Positions 35,935 to 43,831 of a stretch of 49,569 nt of DNA are shown here, piece by piece. Numbering within the stretch: position 1 is the stretch's first letter; each line of letters starts with the position of its first letter. The notes beneath the pieces were generated by a model. The model was not told the origin of the DNA. It saw nothing but the letters and a program-made list of their open reading frames with translations, and did not search any database. Position numbers and translations under genes: made by a program. The DNA comes from an uncultured Planctomycetaceae bacterium (GTDB lineage: Bacteria; Planctomycetota; Planctomycetia; Pirellulales; UBA1268), in contig CAIKWU010000045.1 in the NCBI GenBank assembly GCA_903831155.1, positions 1 to 49,569 of the forward strand. Direction: 5' to 3'.

Positions 35935-38900
35935 TCAGCGGCCGATCAGGCCCGGCCGTCGCCGGGGTGCCGTGGACGTGCCCTCCCTCGTGACGGACTC
36001 GAGCGAGAACGCGACGAAGGCGAGATCCCGCGGCGAGGTTCCGGCCGTCGAGCCTCCGGAAACGGTGGTTTGCGCGGCATTCGTCCCGACCGCTTCCCCC
36101 TGCGAGGCGGTCGCCCGGTAAGGCGACTGGTCGAACAGGCCGGTGCCGAGGAAATCGGCGATGTCGAGGATGTCGACGATGCCGTCGTAGGTCGTGTCGC
36201 CCTGCGACCACGAGCCCGACGCCCCGGTATCGAACACCCCGCCTGCGAGCACGTTGGCCGCGTCGAGGATGTCGACCGTGGCGTCGAGATTCGTGTCGCC
36301 CGGCGCTGCGAAGACAAAGGTAAACGACCCGTCGCCGTTCTCGAGCCAGCCCACGCCCCTGGGCACCGAGTTCGCCATCGCCGCGGCGGCCTCCGACGAG
36401 ACGATGCCGCCGGAGCCGTTCCAGGAGCCGTCGCCTCGGCCGGCTGCGAGCGAGGCAAGGACCAGCGCGACATCGAGGCCGGAGGTGACCGTGAGTTGCC
36501 CCAGACCCAGATCGACGAGCCCCTCACCGTGCAGGGAGGCCGCCGTCACGCCCGCCCCTCCCACGTCGAGCACGAGCGAAGCCCCCGCGGTCACCGAGAT
36601 TCCTCCCGAACCAACCGCATCGGTGTTGCGGACGACGACGGCGCCCGCCTCCACGCTCACTCCGCCCGTGTGGGTGTTGGCCGCCCCGAGCACCAGGGTG
36701 CCCGCTCCCTGCTTGACGATGGCTTCGGCTCCGGTGCGGACGGTCGTGTCGACCTGGGTCTGCCCGGTGGGCACGTCGATCACCACGGATGGCGGCGCCG
36801 TGGGCCGCACGCCGAAGTTCGCCCCGATCGCATCCTCTCCCGCCGCCACCGTGACCAGCTGCGGCGTCGGCGGGGCGACGTAGCCGCTCCCCGGGGTGCC
36901 GTAGACGTTGATCGCCCACGAGCCGAACGTGCCGGTCGTGCCCGCGGTGAGGTCCGACACGGTCAGCGTCCAGGTGCCCGCCGCCGACTCGCCCCAGTCG
37001 CGCACGGTGCTGAACGTCCAACCGGTGAAGTGGTCGCCCGTGTCGCCGTGCGGCTCGGCGAGGACCGATCGCGTGCCCGAGGGTGAGGTGAGCACCACCT
37101 TCAGGTTGCCACGGGACGCATGCGTCGCCGAGAACGCGATCTCCACCGACTCGACGGTGATGTCGGCGCCCAGGGTGAACGAAGACGTGATGCCGGCGCT
37201 GGAGGCGTCCGGGATCGCGTTGCCCACGGTGATCGTCCCCGACGTGGCCGACACCTCCGGGGCGACGTTCGTCCACGACCGCGCCAACGCGACCGCCGCC
37301 GCCGCATCGACGACACCGAACCCGTACTTGTCGTTGACCCACCGGCCGGCCCCGTTGAGGCCCCAGCCGGCGTCGCCGGGGTCGTTCTTCCGGGCGGACC
37401 TCGCCAGCACGTGCTGGACGTCCCGCCAGCCGAGCGCGGGATTCGCCTCGAGCATCAGCGCCACCACACCGGCGACGAGCGGCGTGGCCGATGACGTGCC
37501 GCCAAAATCGTTGGCGTAGTCGCCACCCGACGCGGACGTCGCGGTGTTGTAGCCGAGGGTGCCGGTGCGATCGGTCGTCACGATACCGCCGGCGTCGGCG
37601 GTCGCGGAGCCGCCGCTGGAGGGCGAGGCGACGAGGATGTTGGCACCGGGCTCGCTGTACCACGACTGCCGGCCGGAATGATCCACGGCGCTCACCGCGA
37701 TCGTGTAGCGGGAGTTGGCATAGCCGTCGTAGTTCGAGTTGTCGTTGGCATCGAGACCATTGCCCGCGGCCCAGACATAGATGCTGCCGAGGCCGCCCCG
37801 GCCGGTCGAGACCGCGTTCGCCAGGGCGGCACGGGTGAGCGGCCCGGGCGCTTCCAGCGTCATGCCGTCGTCGTTGGGCCCCCAGCTGTTGGAGTAGATG
37901 TCGATGTCCTGCAGGCGGTGCGTGAGACCATTCGCCTCCTGCTGGTCGGAGGTCGTCTGGGCGATCAGCCGGATGCCCGCAAGACCGGCGGCCGGTGCGC
38001 TGCCGGAAACCCCCAGCCCGTTGTTGCCCCGTGCCGCCGCCACGCCGGCGGCCGACGTGCCATGATCATCGCCGGTGCCGGGCGATGGGTCGCTGTCGTT
38101 GCCGTTGTAGTCGTAGCTCAGGTCGGCCCGAAAGTTCGCCGTGAGGTCGGGATGCGAACCCTGAACGCCGTCGTCGACGATGCCGATCACCACGCCACTG
38201 CCGGTGGCGGTGTCCCAGGCAGCCGGCAGCCTGGCATCCTCGCCCGCCGTGCCGCCGGACTGTGCCGTGTTCCGCAGGTGCCACTGATTGGCGAACAGCG
38301 GGTCGTTCGGAATCGACCTCGTGCTCTGCTGACGGACGGCGGGGGCGTGGGCCGCGCTGGCCGCGACTTCCGCCGTCGATGCCACGCTCACGAACGGCGC
38401 TGCCGCGGTCGACGCGGGTGACGTCTGCTCCCAGCCATCGCGACGCTCCAGCGTGACCCGATACGTCCCTGCCGCGAGCCCCGTGAACGCGTACGTGCCG
38501 TCGCTTCCCGTGACCAACCGGGGCTCCGCGGCCCCGAGCACGCCGTTGGCGTCCTGGTCGAGATACACCGTCCAACCGGAGAGCACGGTCTCGCCCTGAT
38601 CGCGGATCCCGTCGCCGTCGCCGTCGTTCCAGACGATTCCCGCCAGCGACGCGGGCAGGGGAGGAACCGCGTCATGACTGCCGAGCCCCGACACGGTGTC
38701 GACCGCAAACATGGTCCATTCGCTCGCGAGCGTGGCGAACGTCGCGGGGTTGACGGTCACGCCGGCGGCGATCGACGACTTCCGACGGAGCGTGGCATTG
38801 GCCGTGGTGGCAGTGCCGTCGGTCCACGCGGCGCCCGGATCGCTGCCGATCACTCCGAAGATGTCGACGTAGGAACTCGTGGACAGCTTCCACAGCCCCA

Positions 38901-41826
38901 GCGCGTCGTCGCCATTGAACGCCGTCACCCCGCTCACGTACGACCCGACGCCCGCGGGCAGGGCGAGCACGGCCGAGGCACCGGCGAGCACGAGCGTGGC
39001 ACCGGGGGCGAGTGTCGCAGGGCCGCCCGTCAGCGAGCCGAGCGACTGCGTCTGCGTGGCCGTCGCCGCCCCATTGGCAAACATCCGCACCTGGTAATCG
39101 GCGAGGTTTGCCGCCGCCGTGCCGCCGTTGTAGATCTCGAGATACTTGTTGTTGCTCGTCCCCTCGACGTACTCGCTGAAGAACAGGTCGCCGACCACGG
39201 GAGGGGGCGACGACGAGACCGTGAGCAGCTGCGACACGTCGGTCGCGGCCGTGTAGTTGCCGTCGCCGGCCTGGCTGGCCGTGATCGTGCACGTGCCCGC
39301 AGCCACGATCGTGACGGTGCTCCCCGAGACGGTCGCCACGGCTGGATTCGAGCTGGCGTAGCTCACCGCTAGCCCCGACGATGCCGACGCGGTCAGCGGA
39401 AACGGTGCAGCCCCGACCACCTTCGTGGGCAGCGGTCCGAACGCGATCGCCTGCGACGCCTTGGAGACCGAGTTGCCACTCGCCGTCGTCGACACCGTCT
39501 TCGGCGACGCCCCGCCGCCCGCGACCACGATCGATTGCGAGTCGTAGGTGCCGGCCGAGGCCGATGCCGCCAGGCGGGCATAGACGGTGGTGGTCGCAAC
39601 CGTGCCAGACACGGGGGCGAGCGTCAGGCTGGATGAATAGCCCGTGGCGGCCGCCGTCGACACCTCGAGCCCGGCGGGAGCCGTCACCGTGACGCTGCCG
39701 GTGAGTCCGGTGCCCGACACGACGAACGTGGCGGACGCCGACGCCGCTCCGTACGTCGTCGTCAGCGCGGTGGTCAGCGTGCCCGGAGTGGCCGTGAGCG
39801 TCGGGGTCGCTGCCGCCACCGTGTCGTAGGTGTAGTCCGCGACGACGGGCAGGTGGTCGGAGAAGGTCGTCAGGTAGTTGAGCACCTCGCTCCGGTTGGC
39901 GAGCCCGGCGAGGGCCGTGCTGCGAGGATCGTTGATGTCGCCGTTGCGCGGCACGCTCCCGTTGTTCCCGAACGTGCGGTACGTGCCTGTCACGTAGGTG
40001 AGCCCCCCCGGCGCCATCACCTCGCCCGAGACGATCTGGAAGTCGAACCGGTCGTCGAGACCGCCGCCCGTCAACCCGTTGGGGGCCGTCCCCAGCGGCG
40101 CCTGGGTGAAGATGTCGACGAAGGAAGAGTTCGAGTGCCAGTCGCCGGGCCGGGAAATTGGATCGAACGCCTGTCCGGGGCCGGCGGACAGAAAGGTCTG
40201 GTAGGCGGCCTCCGAGCTGCGATAGAGGTTGAAGTCGCCCACATAGAGGATGTTCGTGCCCTCGGCGAGGGAGTCGGCATCGGCGCGGATGGCGGTGGCC
40301 TCGCTGTCGCGTCGCGCCGCATCGCCCGCCGTGTCGAGCGACTTCAGGTGGCTGTTGTAGACGTAGAACACGCTCGACGCGTTGCCGTCCTTCGGCTGGA
40401 ACGCGTAGCGGATCGTCTGCCGCGGGCCGCCGGTGCTGGAGGCCGTGCCGATCGCCCGTTCCTCCAGCAGCCGCAGCGCCGCGGTGTTGTAGACCACGCC
40501 CTGGGTGCCGCTGCCGGTCGTCGCGCCGTTGAGGGTGCCGTGGGCGTAGGTGCCGGCACCGTAGATGCCGTTGAGCGTGGCCGCGACGTTCGCCGAAGTG
40601 ACGGCCTGCGATTGGACCTCCTGGATGGTCAGCAGATCGACCTGGTCCGTACGGCCACCAACCGACTCGGCCGCCATGGCCTGCACGAGGGTCGCCAGGC
40701 CTGCACGGGGCAGCTGGTCGGCGGCCGTGATGTTGTAGTTCACGATCCGCAGGCTACCGGTCCCAACGGGACGACCGCTCGCCGCCGCAGACGCCGTGCC
40801 GGGACCGGCCGAGTTGACCGCGCGGATCCGCACGTCGTAATCGGTCCCGTTGAGCAGCCCGCCGATGACCATCGGGCTCGACGTGACGGCTGGCGACGGG
40901 GTGAGCCAGGTGCCCCCGTCGTCGAGCGAATACTGGTAGCCCGTGACGGCGCCGCCGCCGTCCGAGGCGGGCGACGTAAACGCCACCGTGAGCCGACTGT
41001 CGCCGGCCGTCACGCCCGTGATCGTGGGGGCGCTGGGAGGTGTGACCACCGTGGTGGGAATGCTGAACGACACGTTGTCGATCGCAAGACCGTGATCGTT
41101 GCCCGAGTCGTTCACGTCCGCCCAGCGGATCCAGAGCGTGGAGCCCGCCGCCCACGCCGTGGCCGGCGTGACCGTGCCGCCGAGCGCGGCAACGCGATTG
41201 GCGGCAGCGTTGCCGTCGAGGGCGGCCGCCGTGGCGGCGATCTGCGGGGACGTGAAATCGAACGCCGCCCCCGCCGCGGTCCAGGAGGCAACCGTTGCGA
41301 AGGTCGAGCCGTATCCATAGTCGACCGACAGCTTCTGGGCCGTGCCGGCCCCGCCGTTCCGCCACTGTTCGCCATCGTAGCGGAGCACGAACGAGCCCTG
41401 GGCCGCGCCGGTGTTGTTCGTGACGGCGACCGCCATCCACCCAGCCAGCGCTCCGTTCGCGGGCGAGCCGAAGTAGGTGCCGCCGGAGGCCACCGCACCG
41501 AGGCTCCGATCCACGCCAGACGTGGTGCCGAAGTTGTAGAAGGAGCCGGAGTTCGAGAGGCCATTTCCGACGGTGACTGCCGTCACGGGCGTGCCGACCC
41601 TGTCGAAGAGGCTCCACGCGGCCAGCGTCGAGTCGTTGGCCCAGGTCGTCGCGGACGCCCCCAGCGTGTCGAAGGTCTGCGTGTAGGCGGCACCGGTGAA
41701 GTTCACCGCCGCGAGCACCTGCCGCGACTCGAGCCGCTCCGGGCAAGCCATGCTCCGGTCTGACCGTCGAGGCAATCTCGACGAGCGACCCCGCCTGCAT
41801 CGACTCTTCGAGGCGCGTCGCCGCAT
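35935..41826 (-). CDS. giant secreted multidomain protein: unknown N-domain, Fn3, EEP nuclease/phosphatase, Ig-like repeats, lamin-tail domain, SdrD-B-like, kexin-like S8 protease with P-domain, PATR beta-strand repeats, dockerin-like repeats
   Basis: About 1963 aa from the ATG at 41826 (TTG at 41850 in the ORF track). Fn3 about 40777-41037. EEP about 39826-40755 (LRIVNYN, LLTIQEV, YVGDFN, DDRFDF, SDHLPV). LTD about 38761-39195 (LFFSEYVEGTSNNKYLEIYN). SdrD-B-like about 38431-38649 (VWNDGDGDGIRDQGE). S8 about 37276-38313 (NDPLFANQWHL, IVDDG, DDHGTSAAG, GGTSSATPLVAG). P-domain about 36895-37263. GAGTLVLGAANTHTGG repeats about 36481-36738. DTNLDATVDILD / DGIVDILD about 36127-36303. Confidence 0.85.
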   Translation of the reverse strand: MRRRASKSRCRRGRSSRLPRRSDRSMACPERLESRQVLAAVNFTGAAYTQTFDTLGASATTWANDSTLAAWSLFDRVGTPVTAVTVGNGLSNSGSFYNFGTTSGVDRSLGAVASGGTYFGSPANGALAGWMAVAVTNNTGAAQGSFVLRYDGEQWRNGGAGTAQKLSVDYGYGSTFATVASWTAAGAAFDFTSPQIAATAAALDGNAAANRVAALGGTVTPATAWAAGSTLWIRWADVNDSGNDHGLAIDNVSFSIPTTVVTPPSAPTITGVTAGDSRLTVAFTSPASDGGGAVTGYQYSLDDGGTWLTPSPAVTSSPMVIGGLLNGTDYDVRIRAVNSAGPGTASAAASGRPVGTGSLRIVNYNITAADQLPRAGLATLVQAMAAESVGGRTDQVDLLTIQEVQSQAVTSANVAATLNGIYGAGTYAHGTLNGATTGSGTQGVVYNTAALRLLEERAIGTASSTGGPRQTIRYAFQPKDGNASSVFYVYNSHLKSLDTAGDAARRDSEATAIRADADSLAEGTNILYVGDFNLYRSSEAAYQTFLSAGPGQAFDPISRPGDWHSNSSFVDIFTQAPLGTAPNGLTGGGLDDRFDFQIVSGEVMAPGGLTYVTGTYRTFGNNGSVPRNGDINDPRSTALAGLANRSEVLNYLTTFSDHLPVVADYTYDTVAAATPTLTATPGTLTTALTTTYGAASASATFVVSGTGLTGSVTVTAPAGLEVSTAAATGYSSSLTLAPVSGTVATTTVYARLAASASAGTYDSQSIVVAGGGASPKTVSTTASGNSVSKASQAIAFGPLPTKVVGAAPFPLTASASSGLAVSYASSNPAVATVSGSTVTIVAAGTCTITASQAGDGNYTAATDVSQLLTVSSSPPPVVGDLFFSEYVEGTSNNKYLEIYNGGTAAANLADYQVRMFANGAATATQTQSLGSLTGGPATLAPGATLVLAGASAVLALPAGVGSYVSGVTAFNGDDALGLWKLSTSSYVDIFGVIGSDPGAAWTDGTATTANATLRRKSSIAAGVTVNPATFATLASEWTMFAVDTVSGLGSHDAVPPLPASLAGIVWNDGDGDGIRDQGETVLSGWTVYLDQDANGVLGAAEPRLVTGSDGTYAFTGLAAGTYRVTLERRDGWEQTSPASTAAAPFVSVASTAEVAASAAHAPAVRQQSTRSIPNDPLFANQWHLRNTAQSGGTAGEDARLPAAWDTATGSGVVIGIVDDGVQGSHPDLTANFRADLSYDYNGNDSDPSPGTGDDHGTSAAGVAAARGNNGLGVSGSAPAAGLAGIRLIAQTTSDQQEANGLTHRLQDIDIYSNSWGPNDDGMTLEAPGPLTRAALANAVSTGRGGLGSIYVWAAGNGLDANDNSNYDGYANSRYTIAVSAVDHSGRQSWYSEPGANILVASPSSGGSATADAGGIVTTDRTGTLGYNTATSASGGDYANDFGGTSSATPLVAGVVALMLEANPALGWRDVQHVLARSARKNDPGDAGWGLNGAGRWVNDKYGFGVVDAAAAVALARSWTNVAPEVSATSGTITVGNAIPDASSAGITSSFTLGADITVESVEIAFSATHASRGNLKVVLTSPSGTRSVLAEPHGDTGDHFTGWTFSTVRDWGESAAGTWTLTVSDLTAGTTGTFGSWAINVYGTPGSGYVAPPTPQLVTVAAGEDAIGANFGVRPTAPPSVVIDVPTGQTQVDTTVRTGAEAIVKQGAGTLVLGAANTHTGGVSVEAGAVVVRNTDAVGSGGISVTAGASLVLDVGGAGVTAASLHGEGLVDLGLGQLTVTSGLDVALVLASLAAGRGDGSWNGSGGIVSSEAAAAMANSVPRGVGWLENGDGSFTFVFAAPGDTNLDATVDILDAANVLAGGVFDTGASGSWSQGDTTYDGIVDILDIADFLGTGLFDQSPYRATASQGEAVGTNAAQTTVSGGSTAGTSPRDLAFVAFSLESVTREGTSTAPRRRPGLIGR

Positions 41827-41904
41827 GAAAAACACTCTTTTCCCGTTCAAGGAGCGTAGCGACAGACTCTGGGAGGGGCAACGTTAGGGCGTGGCCCGCG
41901 CAAG

Positions 41905-41937
41905 AAAAAACCTCGCCGGCCACGGGGGCCGGCGAGG
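41905..41937 (-). terminator. Rho-independent terminator after the PEP-CTERM gene
   Basis: On the minus strand: CCTCGCCGGCC-CCCGT-GGCCGGCGAGG followed by TTTTTT. An 11-bp perfect GC-rich stem (41911-41921 / 41927-41937) with a 5-nt loop and a U-tract at 41905-41910. Lies 70 nt downstream of the stop at 42008. Confidence 0.8.
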
Positions 41938-42007
41938 CGTTCGTTCGTTTGACACTCGATTGGTCGCAGAAGGCCGAGGAGGGCGGCCACCCGCGACGGG
42001 AAGGGGC

Positions 42008-42685
42008 TCAGCAGCTGCCGCTGGCGGCCGCTGACTGGGCGGCGCGGCGACGACGGCGGCGCTCCATGTCGACCGAGGCCACCGCGGCCACACCGACGGT
42101 CGCGAGCACGAGCGTCGAGGGCTCCGGCACGGCGGCGGGAGGAATCGAAAGGCTGGCCGAGTCGGAGATGGCGCCCGAGCCGGCCGGACTCTGGGTGAAT
42201 CCCACGATCAGGCTGGCGGGGGCCGGGTTCGGCGTGAGGGCCGGGTTGAACGTCCCCGCCGTGTAACTGCCGAGCACGTAGAAGCTTCGCTCACCCAACG
42301 CATTCGTCTGCTCGGTGATCGAGGTGGACGTGAAGGTTCCGAAGGTCGCGTTGCCAAACGTCAGGCTCGACCCGACCGATGTGTTGAAGGTCACCGGACC
42401 GAGGATCTGGGTGGAGAGACCAGAGAAGTAGTCCACGCTCGCCCCCGTCGACACCATGTTGCCGATCGTGAACGACGTGCCCGTGTTGATGTTGCCACTG
42501 TCCACGGAGGGCGCACCAATGTCCGCGAAGCCCTGTGATCCGGTCGAGGTGCCGGACACGAAGACGACGTCGGGTAGGGAGCTCTGGGTGACGATGTCGG
42601 CGGTGGCCACCGACGCGATCAGAGCGAGCATGGCGAACGCCGAGACGGCGATCATGCTGCCGAGAGTGGAGCGAAGACGATGCAT
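42008..42685 (-). CDS. PEP-CTERM sorting-domain secreted protein
   Basis: 225 aa from the ATG at 42685, with an AAGGAGG SD 7 nt upstream. Signal peptide MHRLRSTLGSMIAVSAFAMLALIASVATA. Ser/Thr/Gly-rich body. C-terminal VPEPSTLVLATVGVAAVA + RRRRRR is a PEP motif, TM helix and Arg cluster, followed by an extra 11 aa (AAQSAAASGSC). Confidence 0.85.
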   Translation of the reverse strand: MHRLRSTLGSMIAVSAFAMLALIASVATADIVTQSSLPDVVFVSGTSTGSQGFADIGAPSVDSGNINTGTSFTIGNMVSTGASVDYFSGLSTQILGPVTFNTSVGSSLTFGNATFGTFTSTSITEQTNALGERSFYVLGSYTAGTFNPALTPNPAPASLIVGFTQSPAGSGAISDSASLSIPPAAVPEPSTLVLATVGVAAVASVDMERRRRRRAAQSAAASGSC

Positions 42686-42959
42686 GGGAAACCTCCTTGG
42701 AAAAAGCGATCTTGGAAAGACCAAGCCGTCAGGGGACGAACGAGACCCCCGACAGGCCAGGCAACGGACTGATCAACTGGAAACCTGATGACCGCGGACA
42801 CCGCGCCCGCGGACTGGACGAATGAGCGATGGGGAGAGGCGGCGTTCCCTCACGGACGCGGGGTCGGCCCCGCCCGAAAACGCCGGTGCCGCAGCCGGCA
42901 GGCCGCCAATGGCGAACCTCCGCGGTCGTGCCATCCGGCGGCGACGATGCGGGTTCAAT

Positions 42960-42996
42960 CCGATGGGAACCAGATGGCCGATGGGAACCAGATGGT
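42960..42996. repeat. 18-bp tandem duplication (CGATGGGAACCAGATGGY x2) in the non-coding region
   Basis: Copies at 42961-42978 and 42979-42996, with a single mismatch at the last base. Confidence 0.9.
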
Positions 42997-43256
42997 CGGT
43001 CTGGAGCCCACGACGTCGGGGGCGACGCGGACGGCTCCAGCGGTGGATCGACGGCGAAAGAGGGCCACCCCAGCCGCGTGGAGAGCCATGACCGGGCCTC
43101 GACGCGTGGTGGTGCCTGGCCGTCTCCGGGTGGGCATCGTCCCGATCCAAGCCCTATCGAGACCGGCGCCAACGGCGGACCACTCCCGGGGATGCGAAAA
43201 ACCGGCGATCTATGGCGGAAAACCGCCATGCCGCGGTCGCTCTTCCCGGGGGTCCG

Positions 43257-43316
43257 GTGTCTCACCAGCCTGGTGATCACCGGGTTGGTGAGCGTCTCAC
43301 CATTTTGGTGAGACGC
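43257..43316. promoter_or_regulatory. array of six alternating TCACC / GGTGA half-sites forming three abutting hairpins (candidate protein-binding array or RNA structure)
   Basis: Half-sites start at 43262 (TCACC), 43272 (GGTGA), 43277 (TCACC), 43287 (GGTGA), 43297 (TCACC) and 43307 (GGTGA). They include the perfect palindrome GGTGATCACC (43272-43281) and the perfect 10-bp stem GCGTCTCACC-ATTTT-GGTGAGACGC (43292-43316). Confidence 0.35.
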
Positions 43317-43831
43317 ACGCTCCCTCGTTCCGCCCGCGAAAGCGCAGGCCTGCCTCGGAAACCCGAGAATCGGGAGAGCGACGGCGGGCTTGAGCGAGGC
43401 GGTCATCACGGTGCAAACGGCCACGAACGGGCGGAGTCATGCCGAAAAAGGGCCGGAAATTCACGCAGCACAGCGGAAATGCCGGACGGACGACTGCCGT
43501 GGATCGGGACTCGTGCTCCTTGAGCGATGCGAAACGAAGCGGAACCATGCCGATCAGTCCCCGACGACGTTCGCCGGGACACACTGACCGCAAGGGCATG
43601 TTCTGCACGTGCCGTGCCAATCTCACGGAAAACCTGGCGAAAGGCAGTTTCGTGCTGGAAAAATGCATGGAAACTCGCCTCTGACGCCGCAGCTGCCCGG
43701 GATCGCGTCTCACAAAAGTGCGTGCGTCGGAAGCTGGGGCCGCTTCGAACCTTCCCCGACACCGCCGACTCGGGTACCGTCATCGCCACGCCGCGGGCAT
43801 CGCGGATCCCCACCCAGGCCGAGGAGGTCGC

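Noticed and set aside
39853-41763. 636-aa plus-strand ORF and other ORFs inside the giant gene (36070-37086, 40754-41923, 38674-39372)
   Set aside because: They are antisense to, or frame-shifted relative to, the 1960-aa gene, whose domains are recognisable end to end. They have no motifs of their own.
42946-42966. tRNA or tmRNA gene suggested by GCGGGTTCAATCC, with GGGGGCGA about 60 nt downstream (permuted tmRNA idea)
   Set aside because: The sequence after the TTCAATC loop (CGATG) cannot pair with GCGGG to form a T-stem. There is no acceptor stem or CCA context and no tag reading frame. The downstream GGGGGCGA lacks the following GGNTTCGAC element.
42729-43424. 231-aa minus-strand ORF and overlapping plus-strand ORFs (42788-43276, 42829-43311)
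   Set aside because: They have Pro/Arg/Gly/Ser low-complexity translations. The PSGSHR-PSGSHR segment is just the 18-bp tandem duplication read in frame. There is no SD or motif.
43439-43684. 81-aa basic ORF (MPKKGRKFTQHSG...) in the non-coding stretch
   Set aside because: Third-position GC is only about 66%, and it uses AAA/GAA/GGA codons that the confident genes in this window largely avoid. No family is recognised. I keep it only as a remote possibility within the non-coding-region finding.
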